DNA of 62,179 nucleotides, counting the filler, from Choristocarpus tenellus KU-1152 (taxonomy: Eukaryota > Protista > Phaeophyceae): assembly GCA_964200185.2 (NCBI GenBank). It is 9 parts of 9 records of this genome, joined end to end, with 100 filler letters (N's around TTAATTAATTAA, not from the genome) between each part and the next. Parts side by side here need not be neighbours in the genome. Positions count along the whole stretch, not along the records: positions 16,484 to 32,270 come from CAXNAD020000928.1; positions 32,371 to 36,412 come from CAXNAD020016517.1; 7 more parts are not named here. One strand, given 5' to 3'. Below the pieces are notes generated by a model. That model had not been told where the DNA came from. It ran no database searches and worked only from the letters and a program-made list of their open reading frames with translations. Shown piece by piece: positions 22,731-35,943 of the stretch. The position numbers and the translations under genes are program-made. Position 1 is the first letter of the stretch. Every line of letters starts with the position of its first letter.

Positions 22731-23399
22731 GGAGGCAAGGCACCAACACACCTGCAGATCAGCATGGCGTGGGAAGGAGAGAACCAGTCAGGAAAGATAG
22801 GGAGGCAATGCGCGAGATCAGGGCTGTGCAGTGAGAAAGATGAGGGCAATCCCAACCTGTGTGCAGAGATAAGAGTTGGACAGGGGTGACTTGTATAGCG
22901 AAAGTGGGCATAATTTCCCACACAGAGCAAATGAGAGCATTTTTTGTCCTACTTAAGATTAACTTATCACCTTACTCAAGACCAGATTCGAAAGGCATCC
23001 TTCGTTCTCCCCGAACTGAGGGATCATGGTGGTGCTGGAGGACTACAGGTTCCTACCACATACAGTAACACCTGTCCGAGGTTCGCCTTCTAACAGAGAA
23101 AGGGATATCTTTGGGTTGCGATTAGGTGGGGTGGCAAGATATGTATATAGGCAGTGACCCTATGCAATGGGAGGCAGTATCTCTCCTCACTCCTTCCTTT
23201 ACTTGATTGGTGTGTTGCTTTACTTGATCGATACTTTATTGTCTCGATACAACCTTCAAAAACCCAAACTCTGTTGAGATTTTGTAGGAAAATGATTGTT
23301 TGGGTAGAAATGTTAAATCTTCCCCAAATTACAAAATTAGACCCGAAACATAGCGAAAAACACAAACGAACTCGTCACCCCACAAGTCATCAACATACG

Positions 23400-26300
23400 A
23401 AATCGTCATCATACGAAGAGTACAACGAAAGAGAGTGACATCGTGGGAACAGGGAAAATAGGGGTCGAAACAACCAGCGCGTAGTGATAGGGAGTGTGTG
23501 GCATCATCCTCTCTGATTATAATCATCTTCTCTCCAACAACGGTACGTGGGGGATTGGACAAATACTAATATCAATGCATACTCGCAGAGGTCCATCGAA
23601 ACTTCCCATTCTTCCAAAACACACTATTCTTTCTACTTTGGAGAAGCCGTTTATCACACAGGTGTGGGGTTGGGATGTTTTGCCCCATATCTCTGACAAC
23701 TCGTACGTATGCTGTATTGGTCCCACGTATGCTGCGCAAGATCTCTTTCGCCGATCTACCTCAGAAATCGCCGTTGGCGATCAGGCAATATCTGCTCACA
23801 AGCGCACTATATCTAGTAGCTTCTCTATAAAAAATAGTGCTCGAACCGCTACGATACATTGAGGATCGAGTCATGCCCCTTTTGTAAATTCAATTCTCCC
23901 CCATCTAAATATTGCCCTACCATAGCAAGATCATAACAGGAGCTTTCAATGCCAATACAAGTCTGCCCAAAATCGTGTCGCCAAGTATAACCTTCAGGCG
24001 CACTTCGTTTCATCAGTCGCCCTTCCCTTGTCACCTACACCGTCCAGATTTGCGTATTATACTGCCATCTTGTGTACCAGGGATCGCTATACTGCCATCT
24101 TGTGTACCAGGGATCGCTTCGAATCTATAGGGTTCCATTTCAAGGAATCGACACCCAAGACGTGGTTCGGGTAAGCAGCGACAGCCAGGGACACAAACAA
24201 CTCTATGTGAAAGAAGAGGAGACACAGTTTCGTGGGAAGCTTGTGGGCTGCTGCTGACTTGGACGACTTGTAGACGCATCAGAGCGCTTGTTTGGAGCTT
24301 CGAATTCTACACTATCAAGTTTCCTGGACCTTCTACCGCTTCCCTCACAGTTGAACCAAGTTTTTCTGTATTATTTCTCTAACTGGTAGTTGCAATGCCA
24401 GTAGCAATTGCGGATAGTGCGGGGGACTGGGGCCACCATAATGACAGCGAAGGAGAAGACTTCTCTAGTATTAGAGTAGCAAGCTCCAGTTACTTCAAGG
24501 CCCCCAATGATGAAGATCATGTGCACAGAGAAGGTGACTGGAATGACGATGGTGCTGAGGGCGTTAGAAGTGGGTTTGACGAGCCTCGATTTTGCCGTGA
24601 GGAGGGAGGAGAGGAAGGACAGGGCCCTTCGAGGGGTAGTGATGTCGATGGGAAAGCAGACTTTATCACCGGCCATTCCGAGCGCGATGATATGAGGATG
24701 AACAAGGGACATGGAGACGAGGAGAGCGGTGGTGAGAGTGAACAGGACCAGGGAGTGGATGAAGATGAGGAGGGAAAAGATAGCGTAGAAGAATCAGAGG
24801 GAGAGAATGATGAGAGCGAACTTGAGAGGGGGGAAGAAGGGAGAGGAGAAAGTAAGAATGAAGGGATGGAGAACAGTTGGGAGGGGGAAGAGGAGGTAGA
24901 GATGGAGTCGGAAAACAGTGGTGATGATATTAGAGATGAAGGTGTGGAGGATGCCACAGGGGGAAAAGAGGACATGGGAGATGATGAACATCACGTGGGT
25001 TCGCCGTTCTTTCGGGAAAGTAGTGGGCGGAATGGGGGGCTTAAATCAGTTGAAGTGGATACACGGAGGCTGGGGACGAGGGAAACAGGATCCGAAACGG
25101 AACCTGCCTCACGTGAGATGGCTTCGGGCCTGGAAGGAGAAGGGAGTGAAGGGGAGGGGCAAGCAGGAATTACAAGTGGGATAGAATCGATACTAAAGCA
25201 AGGCAGCAACCTGGAGAGTAATGGGGAAGGAGAAGAGACTGGTGAAGTAGGTATGATGCAGGGGAAAGTCCGACATAAGGAGCTCCAGCAACAACTGAAG
25301 AAATTTTCTGACAAGGCTAATGAAGCTTTTCACAGTCTTACCAACCGATTCATCGAGGCCAATACCTCTCTTCAACAAATTCAAAGTGACCAGGCAAGCG
25401 ATAATTGCGACTACGTAATCTTTCCTGCAAAGTCACGACCTAGTAGACTGGCACATAAGTGATATGATGGTGAAGTAGGAATCAGTCAAGTAATTCCGAG
25501 GAAGGTATGTTCGTAGGGTCAAGGAGACAGGGCAGTGCACAAAGAATCTGGGTAAAGGTGGAACTACTGGGATTGAAAAGGGAGGACCTTGATATCGTCA
25601 TACTAGGCTGTATATGTACTTTACATTGGAGTATCGTGTAGGTGAGGGCGAAGCTAACTACCGAGTCATTTTGTGCTTCTCAGCCCACAGTACACACAGA
25701 TGTGGCAGAGATATGTCAAGCAGGATGATCATGTTGCTCTCCCCCTCTTCCATGACACACCTCTATGCTTGCGTATTTGGCCAGGAAAATATGCTATCGG
25801 AAGAGAAGACTACCTCCAACATATTAATGGAACAAAGAGTTCGAGTCAAGGAGGCTGCAGCACGACTACAGACCGACCTACTAGAAGCCCTCGAGTTTTC
25901 ATCCCCCGTGAGTCGATTTGAATTTATATGGGTAAAGCAGTGTCAACAACAATGTCTGTGTCTAAGAAAGCTGGGGCTTACGGTGGGATATGCTCAAATA
26001 TTCGTGCAAGAAGCACAGCATCAATCTCAAGCATTCCTTACAAAATTGTACTGAGTAGTTGTATGTAGCTTTTCCTCCTGCTGTCAGGTGCTTGATTGAA
26101 TACGCCCTAAGTCATCCTCAATATTGCACGCATAATATCACCCATGTTGCAGATATCCGCATAAAAACATACCAAACATCACGATATTGCCTATTTTTGT
26201 GCGACAAAGTACTTTGGAGTACTTGAAAGAAGAGAACAGTAACATGTAACTACTTATGCAAATATGTTGGTTGTTGCACATGATGCTCGAAGTAGGTGCT

Positions 26301-29170
26301 TTGTAGTAGGTCACTGCTACATGTCTCTGCTCATCCCCTTTCCCCCGTCTTTTTCTGGTAACTTAATGTTCTTCCTCCAAGTACCTTATACCTCCCAAAC
26401 TAATTTCATTCTACAGAATACACGACAGTGGAAGGCTCCAAACGAGGAAACAAGATCTGATATATTCCAACATGATCACGCTTGATCTCGACATATCTCT
26501 ACCACTGACTATGTGTTGGTCCTCGAAATCCATTTATTTTCTCAAATGTTCACTGTTGACTTTGTTGCATAACAAGTCGTCTTACTCGTAGTCATGGAAG
26601 TGTGTGGAGGCCTACTACTATTGATGTAACAACACATGAACGTGCACGGGGGTATGCATGATTAGGGTATAGAAAAAAACCTGTTTTTATGAATTGAAAT
26701 AAATGTCGAAGTATTGAACAGTACGTATGAATATTGATATGATTGCCTTTGATAATAGCAAAGGGAAGTACCTTCAGAGTCACTCCACTACGATATAGGA
26801 TACCATACATTGTATTTATGTTGGTATTTTTTCCAAAAACTTACGTTGCCAATTAATTGAAAACAAATCCCCCAATAGAGCGATCCTACCTTCAGAGGAA
26901 ATCCTTTCTAGGGCGTTTTTTTTGTACTTAGAGATTTAATAAGCGCCCACCTGATACCCAATTTTCCATGCCTGAAATGCCTCCATTCCTCTTAAGGAAG
27001 CTGTGCCTGTAAAAGTGGAGGGAAACGTCCGTCCACACAAATCCAACCTCCAGGGAGTTAGAAGCACATTTGTATCTGAACGTAGTCATAGGAACCCCAA
27101 ATACTCAATGATACCCCCCCCAAAATGGGATGATTCAAAACATCTTTCTCCACTATAGAATGTTTGCAGGGTTGATACATGGCTACCCATGATAGAGTTT
27201 CGATTTGAACGAAAAACACTCTTCGAGCATAAAAATAGGGTTCTAGATTTAGAAACCGATTGAACAGAATATTTTGTGGGTCACTTAGTGGAAAAGAAAC
27301 TATACACTGACGCAAAGTTGAGGATTTGTATTTTAGGGTTCCTCAGCATGAAAGGTTGTCAAGTGGGATCCCCTCTTGCGAATTTCATGCGTTAGAATTT
27401 TCCCCCAGGATTTGCAGACACGAGAATATTTGTTTTCCAGCAACTGCAGGCCACCCTACCTCAAGAGCCCACACTCTGGATGTTTGCTTCCCTCAGGAGA
27501 ACATTGGAATCAGAGGCCGTCAGAGCACATTTATTGATGGCAGTGACAATAGCAGTCAACGAGGGGGATCATTCTCTTCGGATGAAGCCACTAGGTGAGC
27601 ATGAATGATTCTCAACTCAGTTTCCTTACCTTACCCTTCCTCCCCTTCTCTACCTCCTTTTCGTATCCATACCTTCAAAATACATACATTATGCTTCGTT
27701 TTTGTGGTTGATAAATCAATACAAACATGTGGGAGGGGACAGAGATACCAAATGGACTATTTAATTTCGACAGAGAAATTCGCCCTGCTTCTACCCAGGA
27801 AGAAAATTGGGATATGGCAGTTTATATGACAAGCGCAAATGTTGACAACCACCACGACACAATTGTTGCCGTAACCTCATTCAGAAATTACATCATTTGA
27901 AGTGGATGACGATAAGGTACTCTCTCATTAACCAATCTTTGTTGCATTTTTGAATAAATAACAATGAACTGGAGTCGTTCCCTATTTTTCTTTGCGTGGC
28001 CCAACTACTCTCGAACGATGTGTACCACGAACTTCAACTAAATATTAACACTGTGGTCACAGGGGAAAGGGCAGAGTCACGGATGGTGGACCCAGAGTGG
28101 ATGGGAATGGGTTTTGTCCTTCCCAGGAGCATAAAATGGGACAGTTTTTCAATGGGGCTAACAGGCAATCCCCCACAGGATCAACTCTCGGATGTCCTAC
28201 GTACGTGAAGGGAAGAGTTGTTCCCCAGGGCATTAAAGTGAGGAAGACTGGAGAAATTGAAGGAGAAGGGGTAAAAGGGAGTGCTGTAGGACGGGTTGAT
28301 CTATCGAGGCCCATTAATAATCAGGGGAGCCTCAGCTGGGAGCAGTCCAAGCATCCGGAGGTTGCTCGAGCTGGTACAACAGGCAGAACAGGCATTACAG
28401 GTGGAGGTGTTGAGAGAAATATGAAAATGCGATCTAAGGAGATGACTAAGCTGGGATTGTGGAACAGAGGAGAGAACAAGTCTTTAGAAAATGAGTTAGC
28501 AATTTCAAAGCATCTAACCGATGTTCACTCCTCCCACTCCAGTGGCATCAGTGAGGCGGAGAGAGTAAATGATGTGATTCTGGAGGGGGAGGATGAGGAA
28601 AAGGAATGTTCAGGAGTGGAGGGACAGGATGTGGAGAGTAGGCCAGGGGCAAGCAAGAGACGTCGTATGAGGTGCAGGCCACGGGCCAGGGTGTGTAGTG
28701 TTGGGGCAGAGCATATGGGAATGGACACTGTGTCCGAGCATGGCAGCCCTAGGCAGGCACTCCCTTCCACAGAGCACGGAGAGGATAGAATATACCTTGA
28801 TGATGATGTCCCGAATCAAAGCACCCTTCGCAAGGATGTGGACGGTAATTTCGTGGAAGATTGGCATTAGAACATTAAGGTTTGCTGAAGGCATGAAGGC
28901 AGATAGAGATGGAGAGATAGGGTTTACATACACTTTTTTTTTACCGAAAATCAAGTTTTTATGAGACATGTTCTCTCATTTGTCACCTTGAAGAGGTATG
29001 GATACTTAATGAGAAAGTTAGGGGAGACGAGAAGACACAGTAAGACGACGAGACATACTAGTCGCAGAATTGGGGATGGGATTGCAGGAAGGAATTTGTG
29101 ATGAGGTATGCCCAAAAGCGTGACAAGGATGCAGGCTATGGAAATCCATTTGACTACCCCTTGCTCAAGT
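23400..29170 (+). pseudogene. Unidentified multi-exon gene relic containing a 355-aa acidic Glu/Gly/Ser-rich ORF (24395-25462) and a 257-aa ORF (28097-28870)
   Basis: Purine-rich coding-like blocks alternate with short GT..AG-bounded segments (e.g. aagcag|gatgat at ~25724, atgg|gtaaag at ~25932, ttgcag|atatcc at ~26153, cgacag|agaaat at ~27774, ctcaa|gtaagt at ~29169). Several blocks contain stops, and no recognisable domain was found. Confidence 0.4.
24058..24117. repeat. Perfect 30-bp tandem duplication
   Basis: tatactgccatcttgtgtaccagggatcgc x2. Confidence 0.95.
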
Positions 29171-30769
29171 AAGTTGTGAGTGGCAATGCTGTGTTTTGTA
29201 TCATCTGACTATCCAGTATAGTGGTAACTTCTACTAGGATTTTCCACCATTCATTGTCTTTCTGCAAGTGTTCTGGACACACTCGTCTTGCTGTACATTT
29301 CTGGTCACCTCTATATTTGGGGAGTAGGTCTCAATACATGTGGTAGTAGCTAGCACTGGAAGATGGCTAGAATCGGTCTTGCTATTGTGTTGCAAATTAA
29401 ACATTCACAAAAGCCATGCAGACGTTTTGCGTCTTCAAGTGGGAGGTAGGAGAGTAGTACAAGAAATGAGTATGTAGTTACGCATTATATTTTAATTTTT
29501 GCAATTTGTTAGGGTATAGTTGAACAGGATGGGCGTGCTAAATACACATTGAGCCGCACAACAACAGGCTCCTGGCAGCATTCTCCTGGCTAAACTGAGA
29601 GTCCTTCCTACTCTCTCTCTCTCTCTCTCGTTTTTCCAGAAGACACGATCATTATTGTAATACATTATGTACATTCACTTGGCAGGCTTCTGTTTGTAAC
29701 CAGTGAAGAACGCTGATAGAATATAAGCCAAGAAAGGAAGGAGATAGTAGCTCCACACAGTCTCCCTTGGTCAATCGCTAATATATTGTTGTAGAACGGA
29801 AAATTGTAATACTACTGTGTATACTCTATGTGATGTGTCTTAAATTTTACTTTTTATCCGGAATATTTTTCCCAATATTACTAATATTAAGTATGTGTCA
29901 GAGCCGCCTTCCAAAGAAGGTATACCCTGAACGCAACCTATCTTGAAGAATCTGATATTCATATGACATTTGTTTTTGTATGTTGCAGGTGGCATCTACT
30001 TGAAGTAAATAGCGGGTGGTTTGAGGGGACCTTACAAACCCACCTCATTCACTTACCACTTGTTCACTCCTTTCCTGAGTGATCTTCTGAGGAATTACTC
30101 TCCCTCCTGACTTGTCTCCCTCCTTTTCCTTGCCTCCTGTGGGTCTTCCCGCTTCCCTTCAGTACGAAGAACCTGTCGCGGGTTGTTTCCATCTGTTTCA
30201 CATATGTACTTAGAAGTAGTCCACAGTATTAGTAATCACGATAAATAAATGATTTTGAGTGTCTAACAACAATCACATCGTCTTGATATTCATATTTTTA
30301 TCTGTCAATGTAGTTGACGCACTGCCAATATAACATTATGTTTTAATACTAGTCTTACACAAACGATAATACTACGACTATCAAACCATTAGTATTGTCT
30401 ATCTACAATACCAATCCATTGTTAGAGGGAATATCCTATTACACAGTTTTATCACTAGTGACATTGCACTATTAATATGGACTAATAATGCCAAACACAC
30501 ACACACACCAAAGAGGAATGTTGCGTACACGAGTCATATCTTGCACACACATGACATGCCATCACTCCATATGTGTACCGAGTGTAAGAAGGAGAAACGT
30601 TTATTATATGCTCTTTTACCTGTGAAACGACCTTGACAATCCCTTTTGTCTACATTTTACAAGTGAAATGGAGTTTAAGTATCTGAAAGTAAGGAGGGTT
30701 ACATTTCAAGGGTTACCTGAAATTTCCAAATTTGGTCGTTTCGGTCAAATGCAACAGTGATCTCCTACC

Positions 30770-31730
30770 CTGGTTATAGCAAGCGATGGTTTGCTAACAA
30801 TGTACTATTATTTAGTTGTGTCCTAGGTTTTATGGTTTCTTCAGTGTTTCTTGACCTAGAAAACAAGTCCTTAGACACAATATTACGTGTATGCCTTGTC
30901 CTTGCTATCTCTGAGGAAACTGAACCAATAAAGCATCCCCAGACCCTCTCATGTCTCACTCTCTCTTCCTGCGGTTATATGTTATCCTGTAGAGGGGTAT
31001 AGTAGAGATTTCTGGCAGAGTACCACTTGCTGTAATCACCGAAAAACGTCGACCAATTGACTGCTCTTCGCTGTTGCTGCAGAATGCACACATGATGAAC
31101 GAAAGGTTTAACCCATTCGAAATATGACAATAAGGGAAATCGACAAATCCTGTTCCAGAACTCATGGGTGTAAGTCCTTGTGACAAAGATGCTTCATGAT
31201 CAAGTGATCAAGAAGATAGCCTCAGGGAATGTGGTTGGGGTAGGTGGGTAGATATACTCACCTCATCTGTTGCTGGTTTATCCTTAGCAAGGGTCGCAGA
31301 AGTGAGGCTGACATCCACACACTCCCACTCCCAAATTGCGTTAGACTTCGGCGATAATTTGCTGTGGATATCGAACCTCCTCTTGCCCTCCTTATATTCG
31401 TCATCTTCGGTCAACACATGATGTCGGGTCTAGTCTGGGTTACGTTGAATACCGACCTCCAGCCATTGAGACAAGCACCGTTCGTGATCAAGCAAACCAC
31501 CACGGGCGAATTTGCCCTTTTGTTGGGGCTCAAATCTGTAAGTTTTGGGATATTGGATTATCCTCCCTCTCAATCTACGCTTCCCTGATTCCGCTTTATT
31601 TCTCCAAGTCTTCTCGTGTTTCTAACGAGGGTCAACAAACCTTACAAGTTGGTCGTGCTTCCTTCTTGTCCACCACCTTGGCGTGGCTGTACATCTCTGG
31701 TAATTCCCTCAACACACATTAACGCGATTA
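30770..31730 (-). pseudogene. Unidentified gene relic convergent with the 23.4-29.2 kb relic
   Basis: Chain of adjacent minus-strand ORFs (31208-31417, 30956-31186, 30774-30959) with a GAG|GTGAGT donor at ~31261. No recognisable homology. Confidence 0.25.
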
Positions 31731-32078
31731 TCCCCGTAATGCAGCCTAGTTCTTTATGATGGGGGGTGATGAGAACCACCAGAGCTGAGGTTCAGAAAGG
31801 AAGTGAGAGGTGGAATAGAGGAATACTGGGTGGGTATTCAGAGCATGTGTTTGGGGACATATTTGGTCATTTTCTGATTGTTTTAGAATATGTTTTTTAC
31901 GTACCAATACATGTTTTTGAGGACATATTTTGGACATTTTTTACATAATTTGAAAACAATTTACAATGCTCTTTCCCCACAACCTTTTTGAAGAGGTTCG
32001 TAATGTGTTACGTGTTGTTAGGGATAGGTCCCCTTTTGGGGATTTCGGAGGACTTGTGTGGATAATGCGGAAGTCATA

Positions 32079-32261
32079 GACCCAAAGTATCTCGGGGGGA
32101 GCGGGGTCTACACCAGAGTGTTCATTATTTGGACCAAAACCAGGAAAAGTGCACTTTCATTATCCATCCAACGTATGGAACCAAATCACCCAGAAATCGC
32201 GACATGAAAAAATTGGCCCCAAATGGACAGCCGCCATCCCCCCCCCCCGCTACTTTCACCC
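32079..32261 (+). mobile_element. MITE family 1, full copy at contig end
   Basis: GACCCAAAGTATCT..G-tract, conserved interior, C-tract+CTACTTTCACCC. Confidence 0.85.
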
Positions 32262-32270
32262 ACTTTCACA

Positions 32271-32370
32271 NNNNNNNNNNNNNNNNNNNNNNNNNNNNNN
32301 NNNNNNNNNNNNNNTTAATTAATTAANNNNNNNNNNNNNNNNNNNNNNNNNNNNNNNNNNNNNNNNNNNN
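32271..32370. other. Artificial contig spacer
   Basis: N44-TTAATTAATTAA-N44. Confidence 0.97.
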
Positions 32371-32408
32371 AATGGACAGCCGCCCCCCCCCCCCAGATAC
32401 TTTGAGCC
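32371..32408 (+). mobile_element. MITE family 1 terminus (partial)
   Basis: aatggacagccgc+poly-C+agatactttgagcc. Confidence 0.8.
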
Positions 32409-32429
32409 AGAGCTAGAGATTCAACTTGC

Positions 32430-34689
32430 CCTCGAAGAACTGGACAAATTTATGTAATGAGCTTTCCACCACCCCTCTCAGATGGCGGGACATGAGCATT
32501 GCAGCAGTATTGAGTATGCCCGATAACCTTGCCTCAGGCTCCAGTGCACGGGTCAAGTACCCACCCCTTCCCCTGTAAACAGGTTCCACGTGTATGGTTG
32601 AAATTCGGGATGAGAGGCTTGCATCGACAATTGAGAGAAGATGCTCAATTTTTATACTATAATTGTATATTATGCAGATGCACTGAAGAAGGACAACAGC
32701 CGATCTTTCAAGGAACATCCTGTAGTAAGCCAACTAGTATTCCCTCGGTAGATCTCTATGTACAGAGGATGGTATTGGATAGTCTACAGCCTGTTAGCAC
32801 TCACTATTTATTTTTTTTATGGTGTTTTCTCGAGCATAAAAATAAAAATAAAAACCACCCTGGGCATGTGCCTCACACACACACTCTCTCTCTATATATA
32901 TATATCAGCGGCAAACACACAGAGGCATACACACACATAAGCACTCCCACACACAAACAACATTCCTGTATCTTTCTCACCTCTTACCGAATTCACCTTC
33001 CCTCCGAGATCCACCTACCAAACCCCCGGAGGCCCAACCCTCACCCGCCCCTTGAGATTGCACGCCTTCCATCTCCATTCTTCTTTTCATCAGACGATTT
33101 GCTACCTCCTCCTCAGCACTTGTGCCCCCCTTGTTGCTCACTTCTTCCCGGGTACGACCCTCCCGGCCCCCACCAGGAATCCCTTCAAACCACTTTCCAT
33201 ATCAGACGTATCGCGCATATTGAGGAAAGACTGGGAGTGTGTGAGGTCTGTATGGAGGAGAAGAATCAAGTTTGGGGGGGTAGGATCTCCTTCCTTACTG
33301 ATGTCTCCTGTTCCTCTTTTGCTTCAGTCATTCTGCAGAGTACAAGAGATGTGATTGGCAGTTGCACCATTACTTTTAAGGCGCTCGAACAGTTCCCATT
33401 CACGAACACTAATAAAAAAAAAATGTTCTGAGTGTTCGAAATGCATGAAAGTGATACTTCCAGGGCGAGATATATTTGAGAAGGGTTTAGGCGAGCGGTC
33501 AGTACTGTCCTTTCCAGCCTTGTTTCCTTGCCCAAACCACAGCCAATGTCATTCCAGATATTTTCCCCAGCAACTTTTCAAGCCTTCTACTTCATCCCAC
33601 CTGATCAAAGTCATCCTCATCATCGACTGTACTTTCCAGGTCCCCTACCCCCTCCTCCCCCCGTTGAGCAGGGCGTAGCTGAATGGAATTACCATCAAGA
33701 ATGCCCTCATCACCCCCTGACGATCTCCCTTCATTTACAGGTTGGACCTTACCCAACCAGGTATTAGGAGTGCATAGAGATTGGAGTGTAATGCATAGGT
33801 AGGTATGGGTTCTGTGAGAGTTGACCTGCTTTGAGCTAATTGCATTACAATGCTTATCATATCTATGTAAGAGAAGTACATTGTGATTTGTTTGGTTGAG
33901 CGAGAAAAGCGATTTGATTTTTTTTAATTTCTTTTAGTCAAGCTCAAAAAAGATCTACATATTTCCAGGTACTTGTTAATATATTTTCTTTTAATTCAGC
34001 GTGCGCATACAGTACCTTGAAATTCATGTTGAAAATATATATCACAAAGGTTCGTTAATTCTATCAGAACACACAGCGACATCTAGCCTTGCATTCATTC
34101 TAACCCATTCAGCACCACAGGGCCGTTAGACCAACTTGGATAATCTCATTCTCACTCCGGGAAAGAGACACACCGGATCAAACTACCCCATAGCTTACTA
34201 TCAACCTACCCCTACCCCTAACCCTGTCTGAGATTGACAAGTAGAGGGAAGTGTGCACCAAGTACCACCCAAGCTAATAGAATACATTTATTTACCTGTA
34301 GATCAAGCCAAGAGGAAGATGCACCCAAGCTAATAGAATACATTTACCTGTAGATCGAGTCAAGAGGAAGATGCACCCAAGCTAATAGAATATATTTATT
34401 TAACTGTAGATCAAGCCAAGAGGAAGATGCCCTAACCCTTTAGGTCTCTATGTTTTCCACCCCCTACTGACAAAACAGCAAGGCATGAGTAGTTTACACC
34501 ATGACCCACCAGGAGTTCAATGTACTGTCCAATGATTCCAGCAGCATCTGAGAGCCAAAACTCCCGCAGAGCCTCCCTACACTCATTTGCTCTTCTTTCA
34601 AGGTGGGAACAAAAGGCGTTCAGGGTGATAGGTAGGGCAGAACGGAAGGCTCTGGTGCAGACGTCTGTGAGCAAGATGTCCGCATACAC
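32430..34689 (-). CDS. Axonemal dynein heavy chain, N-terminal (tail) region; partial gene, 4 exons
   Basis: Exons 34510-34689, 33601-33747, 32981-33192 and 32430-32617 splice in phase (0,0,2) into one open frame: VYADILLTDVCTRAFRSALPITLNAFCSHLERRANECREALREFWLSDAAGIIGQYIELL/VQPVNEG..DDEDDFDQ/WFEGIPGG..GEFGKS/LSSRIST..LSGILNTAAMLMSRHLRGVVESSLHKFVQFFE. The LP..L..F......R..L...W and A.LMS..LR..V..SL..F..FF patterns resemble inner-arm DNAH N-termini. The exon structure is firmer than the family call. Confidence 0.7.
34266..34430. repeat. Intronic minisatellite, ~52-57-bp unit x3
   Basis: cacccaagctaatagaatacattta(ttta)cctgtagatcaagccaagaggaagatg repeated head to tail without spacers. Confidence 0.9.
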
Positions 34690-34773
34690 CTACCACATTG
34701 GTAGGTATTTGATATTCCTTGGTTATGGGCTCTGAAAATGGGTTAGGTGGGGATGAAGACATGTGAAATAGGA

Positions 34774-35064
34774 AACCCAAAGCATTTCAGGGGGGTAGGT
34801 AGGGCCGCATCCAATCGGGTTCATAAATCCAATGTTGGGATTTTGATGCAATTTTGGCTATCGTGTTTGTTAGCAAGTGCCAATATCCTTGTTCTGGACA
34901 CACTTTTCATAGCCATGTACATTTTACTTACTCCAAAATGTTTCGGAGTATGTAACTGCAGTCACACAGAAAACCGAAAAAAGGGCATTACAAAACCCGT
35001 GGGAAGCCAAGCCCCAAACAGATGAACAGGGGGTAAACTCCTACCCTCTGAATTGCTTTGGATG
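34774..35064 (+). mobile_element. MITE family 2 copy
   Basis: TIR aacccaaagcatttcagggggtag / ctaccctctgaattgctttggatg; interior homologous to 35944-36200 and 58284-58540. Confidence 0.75.
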
Positions 35065-35943
35065 AGGAGAGGTCAGCAAGTTACGAGAAGGATGTAGGAT
35101 GTTTTTCTCAAAAATGGTTTTCTCAAAAACAAAGGTTGTGCAACTCATTTGGAAGAAGAGATAAAGCCGTTGTGAAAAGGACAAATGCAGCGAGGTGGCT
35201 GGCTGGTAAATAAGACAAGGCAAGCGGATTTTATCAGCAAGTGTGTAGGGAAACCTACCTAAGGAGGTTCCATTGAGAGAAGATTCTAAAGCAATCTTAG
35301 GAACGGATTGGCAGGGATCCATTAGAGTCATTTGCATAGGTATGTCTGACTTGCTATAGAAGAAATGCAAACATTGCTCTATGCGTTGGTGTGGTCTTTG
35401 CAAGCTATGCTCTGAGAACAAAGGGATGCATACTTGGGGATGGTTGTGTATCCCCTAGGCCTAGGGCAAAATTGAAGAGATGCACCCACGTTATTAAATT
35501 CGAACATCAGTTCACTTAAGATTGAGGCATAATGCATTGTAGCTCACAGAAGATGTCTATTGTTGCATGCTATTGAGTTGAGAAGAAATATGAATTTCCA
35601 CAATAAATTTCCACAATAAATCGTTCTGGAACACTTCGATGCCCTGACTGGATGCATGAGGCTATCAGTCTGGCAAAAGAGGACAGGTAACAGTTTGTTT
35701 AATACAATTTCCTGTTGTGCTTTTTTTACTTACGTGCTATGAAATTATTGATTCTGAGGGGATAAGTGAGGAATGAACAGAGAGCTGTCTGAATAGGGAT
35801 GAGTTTTTAGCATGTGTACCCTTCTTTGAACGTCTTATGAAGGAGAATACCTTGAGTCGTCATGGGATTGCCTGAACAGGATTACATGTCATTATCTTCA
35901 GGAACAGTTCAAAATGACACCAGTCACATGTTAGGTGGTCAAT

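Noticed and set aside
24517-25314. Ser/Pro-rich minus-strand ORFs (152 aa, 107 aa)
   Set aside because: These are antisense shadows of the purine-rich acidic ORF 24395-25462.
32529-33431. 300-aa plus-strand ORF
   Set aside because: It is antisense to the dynein exons, runs through microsatellite-containing intron sequence, and has no protein-like features.
34266-34430. Three ~55-bp repeats as a CRISPR-like array
   Set aside because: The units are head to tail with no unique spacers, lie in a eukaryotic intron, and have no cas genes nearby. This is a minisatellite.
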